The position numbers and the translations under genes are program-made. Positions 30,723 to 39,119 of a stretch of DNA of 64,000 nt are shown piece by piece (positions within the stretch are counted from its first letter, which is position 1; every line of letters begins with the position of its first letter). Location of the stretch: the NCBI GenBank assembly GCA_963713865.1, contig OY970208.1, forward strand, positions 1 to 64,000, in the 5' to 3' direction. Below the pieces are notes generated by a model. That model was not told where the DNA came from and did no database searches. It worked only from the letters and a program-made list of their open reading frames with translations. The DNA is from an uncultured candidate division Zixibacteria bacterium. GTDB lineage: Bacteria > Zixibacteria > MSB-5A5 > RBG-16-43-9.

Positions 30723-30974
30723 TTAAGCATATACGCTTACCATCTTTTTGTCCCTTCCCTGTCTTTCGAATTTGACCAGCCCGGTTATCCGGGCAAACAG
30801 GGTATTATCTTTTCCCATTCCCACATTCAATCCGGGATGAATTTTAGTCCCCTTCTGCCGGACTAAAATAGAGCCAGCCAAGACCTTTTCTCCAGAGAAT
30901 TTTTTAACACCTAATCTCTGACCCTGGGAATCCCTGCCGTTTCTGGAACTACCTACACCTTTCTTATGCGCCAT
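30723..30974 (-). CDS. rpmA: 50S ribosomal protein L27
   Basis: [23 protein letters not shown]. Confidence 0.98.
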   Translation of the reverse strand: MAHKKGVGSSRNGRDSQGQRLGVKKFSGEKVLAGSILVRQKGTKIHPGLNVGMGKDNTLFARITGLVKFERQGRDKKMVSVYA

Positions 30975-31089
30975 TACAAAGCACCTCCTTTCCTACAGAG
31001 CAAAACACTTTTAAAAAAATCGAAATTAAACCCACTCCCCTATATACGGGGAATTTAGTTTGAGAAGTTAATAAACTTTTATCTTTTTG

Positions 31090-31230
31090 GCAAGAAAAAT
31101 CTATCTAAGGCTTTGAAGATTTTTTGATCTTAAATTTGACTGTCGTGTCTCCTTACCCGATTCACCAGAGGCGAACCAGTCCAGTCCTCTTTAGGCGGAT
31201 GGCAAACACATAAGCGGGGCTGGGAGCCCC
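31090..31230. repeat. direct repeat copy 1: clpC 3'-end duplicate plus REP-derived segment
   Basis: 31090-31130 matches 32667-32707 at 39/41 nt; 31097-31230 aligns ungapped with 32239-32372 (about 116/134 by hand count). Confidence 0.9.
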
Positions 31231-31238
31231 GTCTTTTT

Positions 31239-31976
31239 TCAATAAGTAAAGCAGCAACCCATTTCAAGCGAAGAGCCGTTCTTGAAAAGGTAATTTATAA
31301 TATAAACAACATCGCTTACAGTTATCTTGCAATCCAGATTAACATCGCCCGAAGGCAGGTAAGCAGGAGGAGAACCGCCCTTAAATAAATAGTTAACCAG
31401 ATAAATCACATCAGAAACAAAAACATGTCCATCCTGGTTAACGTCACCTGGTAAGATGTTCTGCTCTTGAATACGAAACTCAGAAGGGATAAAATGAGGA
31501 GGAAATACATTAAAAGTCGAATCCGTAAAATTAAAAGGTTCATCTGTAATCGGAATAGTTAGGTCGATAGTGGCTAAACCAGTATCCTGAACCGTGAAAT
31601 ACATATACAGGTATATACCCTGACCAGGAGGCATGTATTCCGGGATAAGATTAGTAATAAAGACCTTTTTCTCCTCATTAATAATGAAAACTCCTGGATA
31701 ATAGGGATCATCAAACCTACCCTCTGCAAAAAGAATGGTATCTAAAGAGATTTCACCGGTCCATTCAAGCGGGATGAACATCCACTCAATAGATTCATCA
31801 TTAAATACATACATTGGCACAACCGCCCTTCCGGTGCAAGGAGAGCAGGGGACATAAGTTCCCCAGAGCAAAAATCTTACTATATCCGGTATCCCTGGAT
31901 CTTGAGCTAGGGTGGGTAAGTAGTTAAAAAAGAAAAGAAACCCTAATATCAAAAAAATTAATAAGGCTTTTTTCAT
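31239..31976 (-). CDS. secreted protein with C-terminal type I dockerin domain
   Basis: Signal peptide; GDVNQDGHVFVSDVIYLVNYLF and GDVNLDCKITVSDVVYIINYLF repeats. Confidence 0.9.
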   Translation of the reverse strand: MKKALLIFLILGFLFFFNYLPTLAQDPGIPDIVRFLLWGTYVPCSPCTGRAVVPMYVFNDESIEWMFIPLEWTGEISLDTILFAEGRFDDPYYPGVFIINEEKKVFITNLIPEYMPPGQGIYLYMYFTVQDTGLATIDLTIPITDEPFNFTDSTFNVFPPHFIPSEFRIQEQNILPGDVNQDGHVFVSDVIYLVNYLFKGGSPPAYLPSGDVNLDCKITVSDVVYIINYLFKNGSSLEMGCCFTY

Positions 31977-32238
31977 ATAAACCTTCTTCCTTGGGACATA
32001 TTTTATACAATATCTACCTTATATATAAATGATAGAATCCACTTGTCAAGGAAAAAATTAAGTTTTTCGAATATTTAAGATTGATTTTGCCCTGTTTTTG
32101 TAGTTAATAGAAATAAACTAAAGGAGAAAAGTTCAAAATTCCGAAAGGTGACTTTTCTCTTTATTGAATCTTTTGAAATTTTATTTTCTTATTATGATGG
32201 TCTGCAAAAAGGTGGGTTCTTTATAACTGTTTATTAAC

Positions 32239-32647
32239 AAATCTATCTTAGGCTTTAAAGATTTTTCAATCTTAAATGTGACCGTCGGGTCCCCCGGCCC
32301 AACTCACCAGAGGCGAACCAGGCCAGTCCTATTTAGGCGGATGGCAAACACTTTAGTGGGGCTGGGAGCCCCACCTACGAATGTTGGAGTGTAAAGTTTT
32401 AGCTTTACATTTTCAACTTAGGTGGTTTGAATAGTAAAAGAATTAGTTTCGGCAAACCTATCCGAGAAGCAGAGACTACGTCTGGCGCCCTACGGGCGGG
32501 CTGGCTCGTAGCCACCGTAGGAAAGATTCGCACTCCAAAACGGTAATCACATCTTGCCTTCAAGGTGGGATTAATTTATAAACGTAACCGTCGGATCTTC
32601 TGACCCGACGGAAAATAAACTTGCCAGGTCAGGGGACCTGGCAAGCA
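32239..32647. repeat. direct repeat copy 2 followed by REP cluster
   Basis: 134-bp repeat, GGAG-tagged pair 32383-32538 with insert 32461-32521, family B 32551-32573, GTAACCGTCGG doublet 32583-32648. Confidence 0.8.
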
Positions 32648-32681
32648 CAAAACTTATACTCTTTAAGCAAGAAAAATCTAT

Positions 32682-35141
32682 CTAAGGCTTTAAAGATTTT
32701 TTAATCTCCCCTTCCTCTCTAACCTTTATCTCAAAATGGAGATTATCCTCTTCTCTCTGGTCCACAACTACGTGGCAATTTTTAACAAATTGACCCCTCA
32801 AAATCTCCTCAGCCAGAGGATCTTCTAAATATTTCTGAATAGCCCTTTTCAAAGGTCTGGCTCCAAATGTTGGATTGTAACCTTTTTCCGCCAAAAACTC
32901 CTTAGCTTTATCCGTTAGCTCAAAGGTGATACTTTTTTCAGATAACCTTTTAGCCACATCCATTAAGAGAATATCGATTATCTGCATTATCTCGTTCATC
33001 CCCAGGGGTTTGAAGATAATCACTTCATCAATCCGGTTTAAAAGCTCAGGATTAAAAGTCCTTTTAAGCTCATCTGTTATCTTCTGCTTCATCTGTTCAA
33101 AGGAGGAGATTATGTCATCTTTTTGAAACCCTAAGGCTTTTCCAGATTTTATCTCCCTTGTGCCCATATTGGAAGTCATAATTACTACGCTATTTTTGAA
33201 ATCAACCTTTCGACCGAAACTATCAGTTAAAGCTCCATCATCCAACATCTGCAAAAGAATATTAAACACCTCTGGATGAGCCTTCTCAATCTCATCTAAG
33301 AGCACAACTGAATACGGTTTCCGTCTGACTTTCTCGGTTAATTGTCCACCTTCCTCATAACCCACATATCCAGGAGGAGCACCTATTAATCTTGAGACTG
33401 AGAACTTCTCCATATACTCGGACATATCTATGCGGATCAAAGAATCCTCATCCTCAAATAAGAAGGTGGCTAAACAGCGTGCTAATTCAGTTTTTCCTAC
33501 TCCTGTAGGACCCAAGAAAATAAAAGAGCCAATGGGCCTTCTCGGATCTCCCAAACCTGCTCTGGACCTGCGTATGGCTTTAGTTATAGCTGTAACTGCC
33601 TCATCCTGGCCTACCAGCCTTTTCTTTATCTCCTCTTCCATCCTCAAAAGCTTTTTGGATTCTTTCTCCTCTAATCTGAAAACCGGGATACCGGTCATCT
33701 TGGAAACAATCTGAGCAATATCCTCTGCCGTTAGAATCACTACCTCTTTGCTTTTTTCCTCTTCCCATTTCCTCTTAAGAGATTCCAACTCCTCTTTTTT
33801 AAATTTCAATTCATCCCTTAACTGGGCTGCTTTTTCAAACTCCTGGTTTTTAACTGCTAAATCCTTTTCTTTCTGGAGCTGGTTAATCACCTGCTCGAAT
33901 TCTCCAAATTCAGGTGGTTTAGTATAGGTGGAAAGATGTGCACGTGAGCCAGCCTCGTCTATTACATCTAACGCTTTGTCCGGTTGGAACTTACCAGAAA
34001 CATATCTATCGGATAGTTTCACCGCAGCTTCAACTGCCTCATCTATAATTTTTATCTTGTGATGTTCTTCATACTTCTGCTTTAAGCCATTCAAAATTTT
34101 AATGGTATCTTGTGTGCTTGGAGGATCAACCATCACAATTTGAAACCTTCTTTCCAATGCACCATCTTTCTCTATATATTTTCTATATTCATTCAGAGTA
34201 GTTGCACCTATGCACTGGATCTCACCTCTGGAAAGAGTAGGCTTGAATATATTGGAAGCATCTAAAGAACCTTCAGCTCCACCTGCCCCTACAATGGTAT
34301 GAAGCTCATCAATAAATATGATAACATCCTTGGAGTTGATGATCTCATTCATTACCGCTTTCATCCTCTCCTCAAATTGACCTCGATATTTTGTGCCAGC
34401 GACCAAGGAAGCCATATCCAGGGTTACGATCCTTTTATTCTCTAAGGTCTGTGGCACCTTTCCTTCTACTATCTTTTGAGCTAACCCCTCGGCAATAGCT
34501 GTTTTGCCCACTCCTGGTTCCCCGATTAAAACTGGATTGTTCTTCTTTCTGCGGGAAAGTATTTGAGAGACCCTCTCGATCTCATTTTCCCTTCCAATTA
34601 TCGGATCTAATTTACCTTTACGAGCCAGTTCGGTTAGATCTCTGCCAAAGTGGTCTAAGGCTGGAGTTTTACTTTTTTTCCTTTTCTTTCCATATGAAGA
34701 AGGTTTTCCGGATTGAATATTTTTGAGTTCTTCATAAGCTTCTTTATAATCTATATCATACATCGAAAGGACCTGTGCCGCAACCCCTTCCTCATCTCTA
34801 AGCAAAGCTAACAGTATATGTTCAGCATCTATCTCTTTAGCTTTCAAAGCCCTGGCTTCCTGACCGGAGACCTCTAAGGTCTTTTTTGCACGAGCAGTTA
34901 AAGGAAGCTGTCCCATAGTCAGAGTTCCGCCTGAAGGCTGGACCACATCTTCTATCGACTGCCTGAGCTCTGAAAGGTCTATCCCTATATTGGTAAGGGT
35001 CTCAACTGCCCTTCCCTCCCCCAGTCTGACTATACCTAAGAGGAGATGTTCTGTTCCAATATAGTCATGCCTCAGCCGGGAGGCTTCATCCCTGGCATAC
35101 TCTATTACCTTTCTGGCTTTTTCCGAGAACATCTCATTCAT
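32682..35141 (-). CDS. clpC: ATP-dependent Clp protease ATPase ClpC
   Basis: Clp_N repeats, [11 protein letters not shown] middle domain, [15 protein letters not shown]. Confidence 0.97.
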   Translation of the reverse strand: MNEMFSEKARKVIEYARDEASRLRHDYIGTEHLLLGIVRLGEGRAVETLTNIGIDLSELRQSIEDVVQPSGGTLTMGQLPLTARAKKTLEVSGQEARALKAKEIDAEHILLALLRDEEGVAAQVLSMYDIDYKEAYEELKNIQSGKPSSYGKKRKKSKTPALDHFGRDLTELARKGKLDPIIGRENEIERVSQILSRRKKNNPVLIGEPGVGKTAIAEGLAQKIVEGKVPQTLENKRIVTLDMASLVAGTKYRGQFEERMKAVMNEIINSKDVIIFIDELHTIVGAGGAEGSLDASNIFKPTLSRGEIQCIGATTLNEYRKYIEKDGALERRFQIVMVDPPSTQDTIKILNGLKQKYEEHHKIKIIDEAVEAAVKLSDRYVSGKFQPDKALDVIDEAGSRAHLSTYTKPPEFGEFEQVINQLQKEKDLAVKNQEFEKAAQLRDELKFKKEELESLKRKWEEEKSKEVVILTAEDIAQIVSKMTGIPVFRLEEKESKKLLRMEEEIKKRLVGQDEAVTAITKAIRRSRAGLGDPRRPIGSFIFLGPTGVGKTELARCLATFLFEDEDSLIRIDMSEYMEKFSVSRLIGAPPGYVGYEEGGQLTEKVRRKPYSVVLLDEIEKAHPEVFNILLQMLDDGALTDSFGRKVDFKNSVVIMTSNMGTREIKSGKALGFQKDDIISSFEQMKQKITDELKRTFNPELLNRIDEVIIFKPLGMNEIMQIIDILLMDVAKRLSEKSITFELTDKAKEFLAEKGYNPTFGARPLKRAIQKYLEDPLAEEILRGQFVKNCHVVVDQREEDNLHFEIKVREEGEIKKSLKP

Positions 35142-35204
35142 AAATTTACTCCATCTATTTTAAATACGCTGTCTTCTGATAATTTAAGTGTAACCCAAAG
35201 AAAG

Positions 35205-36271
35205 TCAAAGACTATTTTTACCCTTTTCTCCAAGCTTTTTTCTGATAAACTCTGCTCTCAGAACATCCCGTTCGTTTGGCTCCATCTCTTTATTAAAATA
35301 TTTCTGGAGATGGGCTGGAAAAGAGATAAGTAAAATCTGATTGATGGTGCCCAGAGAGATTTCAGTAAGAGTTCCCATCCCCAATCCCAGTCGAATGGCA
35401 GATAAAAGATTGGTCACTTCATTCGAGGTTATTACCCGTGCATTTTGTAAAATGCCAAATGCTCTCCAGATTTTGTCTTCGATCTGCTCTTTTGCTTCCC
35501 GGTAAAGGGTTTTACGCGAATTATTTCTCATACTCTATAATCTGTTGAGTCACCTTTTCTAAACTTTCGATCAAATCCTCTTCTGATTTCCCCAAGGTGG
35601 TTCTGGTTAGAAATCTGAATGAGATTACCCAGAACTTCTGAACCTTCGCCGTAGAATCCTCTTGCCGTCAAACCTAACTTGGTCACCTGGGAAATTACAT
35701 TTTCTATCTCTTTAGTTAAAACCAGTCCTGGAAGATGGATTAAAACCGAAGCCCGCATTCCGGTTCCCACATTAGTAGGACAAGAGGTCAGATAGCCGAA
35801 ATCCGGGTCGAAATCGAATTCTAAAGTGGAGGATAATTCAGTATCAACTTTATCTGCCAGCTCAAAGGCACCTTTTATTTCCAGTCCAGATTTAAGGGAT
35901 TGAATTCTAAGATGATCCTCTTCGTTTATCATCAAGCTTATCGTCTCTCCCTCACCAATATATAAGGCTTTACTATCACCTTCTCTCACAAACTCAGGAC
36001 TAACCAGATGTCTTTCGATCAGAAAGGTCTTGTCCAGAGGGAAAAACTCGGATGAAGCATAGAATTTACCAGAGTTAAGCATAGAGCTTTTCTGGATAGC
36101 TTTTTGCGCAAAAGAAACAACTTTCCCCCGATCCAAAGCCTTAGCTATTGAAGGAAAAGGGATATTAGAGATATTACGGGCTAACCTAACCCGGCTGGAT
36201 AAAACTATCTCTGAGTTATTCCCTTCGCCAGTTAACCAGGAAGCAGGCTTTCCGGCTAACTCCTCAAACAT
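35205..36271 (-). CDS. mcsB: protein arginine kinase (apparent +1 frameshift at ~35602)
   Basis: SSRVRLARN, MINEEDHLRIQ, YLTSCPTNVGTG; one-base removal restores QISNQTTLGKSEED. Confidence 0.93.
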
Positions 36272-36272
36272 A

Positions 36273-36785
36273 TTATTTTTTCTCCTGTATATTTTTGATT
36301 TTATCCCTTATCTGGGCAGCCATTTCGAAATTCTCTTCATGAATAGCTTTCTTCAACTCTTCCTGAAGTTTTCTTTCTTCTTTTAAGTGTTCCATCTCCA
36401 CACCTGGAAGATTAGGTATTTTACCCCGATGACGATCTGAACCATGGATTTTCCTTAAAAGGTCTTTAAGTTGAGTTCTAAATGATTTATAACAGTTTCC
36501 ACACCCTAACCTGCCTTTGCTCGCAAATTGAGAGAAACTCATCCCGCAGTTAGCGCATTTGATTTCTTTCTCTGTCCTGGCAATAGGTTTTTTCCCTATA
36601 TCCGATAGAGGTGTAATCATACTGGATAAAAACTCGGCTAAGGGAAAAGGGACTCCCTCAAACGGGCTATGAAAACCTCTTTTATCCGCACAGCTTTGGC
36701 AGAGGTTCAAAGTCATCTTCTCCTTGTTGATTATCTGAGTAAGCTGGATAGTAGCTTCTTTTTTTCCGCAGTCATCACACAACAT
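36273..36785 (-). CDS. mcsA: McsA, activator of McsB (four CxxC motifs plus UVR)
   Basis: MLCDDC, LCQSCA, CANCG, GRLGCGNCY, HGSDRHRGK, ENFEMAAQIRD. Confidence 0.93.
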   Translation of the reverse strand: MLCDDCGKKEATIQLTQIINKEKMTLNLCQSCADKRGFHSPFEGVPFPLAEFLSSMITPLSDIGKKPIARTEKEIKCANCGMSFSQFASKGRLGCGNCYKSFRTQLKDLLRKIHGSDRHRGKIPNLPGVEMEHLKEERKLQEELKKAIHEENFEMAAQIRDKIKNIQEKK

Positions 36786-36806
36786 CTTTTCCTCTCCAAA
36801 ATGACT

Positions 36807-37499
36807 CTAAAATTTATATAGTTCTATTTGACCGTCTTTCAATCTAAATATACGATGGGCTCTTTGAGCCAGTTCTAAATTATGGGTGGCTAAGACAAAA
36901 GTCTGGTTTCTATTACGATTGAGTTCGATCATCAGATTGTGCAAACTTTCAGCCGAATTTCTATCTAAATTGCCTGAAGGTTCATCCGCAATCACTAACT
37001 TTGGGTCATTGATTAAAGCCCTGGCAACTGCCACCCTCTGCTGCTCACCACCAGAAAGCTCTCCTGGTTTATGGTGAGCTCTATCAGAAAGACCGACCTC
37101 ATTTAAAATTCTTAAACTTTTTTCTTTTATTTCTTCAGTTTTTTCCCTGGCAATCATCTTAGGTAACATCACATTTTCTAAAGCAGAAAACTCAGGAAGA
37201 AGGTGATGGAACTGGAAAATAAATCCAACTGTTCTGTTTCTAAGATGGGCTAACTCCTTGTCATTCAACGAGAAAATTTCGGTAGAGTTAAGGCTTATTG
37301 AGCCTGAATCAGGTCGGTCAAGCGCACCTAAGATATAAAGCAAAGTACTTTTTCCTGAACCCGAAGGTCCAATTATCGCCACAATTTCTCCCTGAAATAT
37401 CTCTAAATCTATCCCTTTTAATACGTTAAGAATTACCGAACCTGTTTGAAAGCTTCGAAAGATCCCCTCTGCTTTTAAAATCGACTTTTGATTAATCAA
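36807..37499 (-). CDS. lolD: lipoprotein-releasing ABC transporter ATP-binding protein
   Basis: GPSGSGKST, GFIFQFHHLL, LSGGEQQR, ADEPSGNLD. Confidence 0.9.
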   Translation of the reverse strand: MINQKSILKAEGIFRSFQTGSVILNVLKGIDLEIFQGEIVAIIGPSGSGKSTLLYILGALDRPDSGSISLNSTEIFSLNDKELAHLRNRTVGFIFQFHHLLPEFSALENVMLPKMIAREKTEEIKEKSLRILNEVGLSDRAHHKPGELSGGEQQRVAVARALINDPKLVIADEPSGNLDRNSAESLHNLMIELNRNRNQTFVLATHNLELAQRAHRIFRLKDGQIELYKF

Positions 37500-37643
37500 T
37501 TATCTTTCCCTTATATATATTTTCGCCAGTTTTCCAGATATATTTAATTTTTTTCTTTTGTCTCTCAATCATCCCGCCTTGAGGGCAAGGCGGGATTACC
37601 AATTGGTAGAATAGGCATCTTGCCTGTATTGAACCAGTAATTT

Positions 37644-38873
37644 TTATTCATACCTAATCGCCTCTACCGGTAGAAGTTTTGAAGCTCTATAAGCTGGATA
37701 AAGGGTGGCTAAGAAGGTTATGCCCACCGCAGCCAAGGCTACTATAAAGAAATCAAAAAATCGCATATCTATAGGGAGAGTAGCGATGAAATATATCTCC
37801 GAAGGTAAAGACACGACTTTGAAAGTCTTTTGAATCCAGCACAGGACAAAGCCTAAGACACTCCCCAAAACCGTACCAGTCACACCTGCTACCAACCCTT
37901 CAAACATAAAAATTTTCATTATGGAAGGAGAATTAGCTCCCATAGATTTTAAAATCCCTATTTCCTTTCTCTTCTCAATCACCACCATAATCAAGGTGCT
38001 GATAATGTTAAAGGATGCTACGGCCACGATCAGGCTCAAGACGATGAACATCGCATATTTTTCCAGTGTCATCCAGGAAAAAAGATTTTTATGCAGGTGC
38101 ATCCAGTCAGTAGCATAATAATCCGGTCCTAATTTAGAATCAAGCTCCCCTGCTACTCTCTGGGCTTTATAGAAATCTGAAATCTTTACCTGCAATCCAG
38201 TTACCACATTTCCTGAGTTCAATATTTTCTGGGCAGATGAAAGTAAGATATAAGCTAAATTGGAATCATATTCATACATCCCGCTCTCGAAAATTCCTAC
38301 TACTTTAAACTTGGTTGCTTTAGGAGAAAGGAAACCTGCAGAGACAGTTTCCTTATTTATGCTAAACAGGATTACGTTATCCCCCATCTTTACCCTTAGC
38401 CTATCGGCTAAAGTTACTCCTAAGACGATTCCCGGTGGCTCCCCCTGAATCTCTTTTAAATCAAAAGAACCAGCTATCAGGTATTTCTCAATCTCGGTTA
38501 CTTTTTTTTCCTGTTCCGGTTCAATCCCACGGATGACAATCCCGTCTGATTCCTCCTTTGAGGCAATTGCCCCCTTAAAATAGATGAATGGAGCAATTCC
38601 TTTAACCTGAGAATTGGATTTAATCAAAGGGAAAAGCTTCTGATAATCCTCAATCCCTTCACCCTCAGAGGAAAGGATAGTGACATGAGCAGTGGTGCCT
38701 ATAATACGGGAACGGACTTCTTTTTCAAACCCGTTCATCATCGAAAGAACAAAGGTCAAAGCCGCAACCCCGATTAAAACCCCACCGATAGAGATCAAGG
38801 TAATAACCGAAAGATATTTAGACTTCCTTTTCGATCTTAGATATCTTTTGGCGATGAAAAATTCGTATGACAT
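37644..38873 (-). CDS. lolE: lipoprotein-releasing ABC transporter permease LolC/E
   Basis: FIAKRYLRSKR, SMMNGFE, VASFNIISTL...EIGILKSMG, PVEAIRYE. Confidence 0.92.
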   Translation of the reverse strand: MSYEFFIAKRYLRSKRKSKYLSVITLISIGGVLIGVAALTFVLSMMNGFEKEVRSRIIGTTAHVTILSSEGEGIEDYQKLFPLIKSNSQVKGIAPFIYFKGAIASKEESDGIVIRGIEPEQEKKVTEIEKYLIAGSFDLKEIQGEPPGIVLGVTLADRLRVKMGDNVILFSINKETVSAGFLSPKATKFKVVGIFESGMYEYDSNLAYILLSSAQKILNSGNVVTGLQVKISDFYKAQRVAGELDSKLGPDYYATDWMHLHKNLFSWMTLEKYAMFIVLSLIVAVASFNIISTLIMVVIEKRKEIGILKSMGANSPSIMKIFMFEGLVAGVTGTVLGSVLGFVLCWIQKTFKVVSLPSEIYFIATLPIDMRFFDFFIVALAAVGITFLATLYPAYRASKLLPVEAIRYE

Positions 38874-38894
38874 AATTTACTTTTAGTATTTTAG

Positions 38895-39119
38895 GTAGCC
38901 GCAGGTATGAACTACATGGTTCATACCGCAGACTTTAGTCTGCTCTTTTGTTGGAGTGCCTTAATCGTGTTAATTCTGAATATTGCTACATTCAAGATGC
39001 ACTCCAAATAATTTCCTTAAGATGGACAGAACACTGTTCTGTACCTACAAAATCCTCGTCGGGTATAAAACCCAACGCTACTTTCTTTTCCCTATCTACT
39101 ATATGCTGTCTACTATCTA
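38895..39119. repeat. REP cluster (families E, GGAG-type, A, D) and heptamer repeats
   Basis: GTAGCCGCAG..ACTTTAGTCTGC, TTGGAGTGC..GCACTCCAA, GGACAGAACACTGTTCTGTACCTAC, CGTCGGGT..ACCCAACGCTAC, CTATCTA-like x4. Confidence 0.8.

Noticed and set aside
31141-31230. Riboswitch or ribosomal-protein leader upstream of rpmA
   Set aside because: It decomposes into REP and mini-hairpin pieces, has a second copy, and lies upstream of the candidate rpmA promoter; an Rfam search would settle it.
17230-36271. guaA, lpxB, fumarase alpha and mcsB as true pseudogenes or programmed frameshifts
   Set aside because: Single-base, motif-specific indels in otherwise intact genes, without slippery heptamers; sequencing error is more parsimonious.
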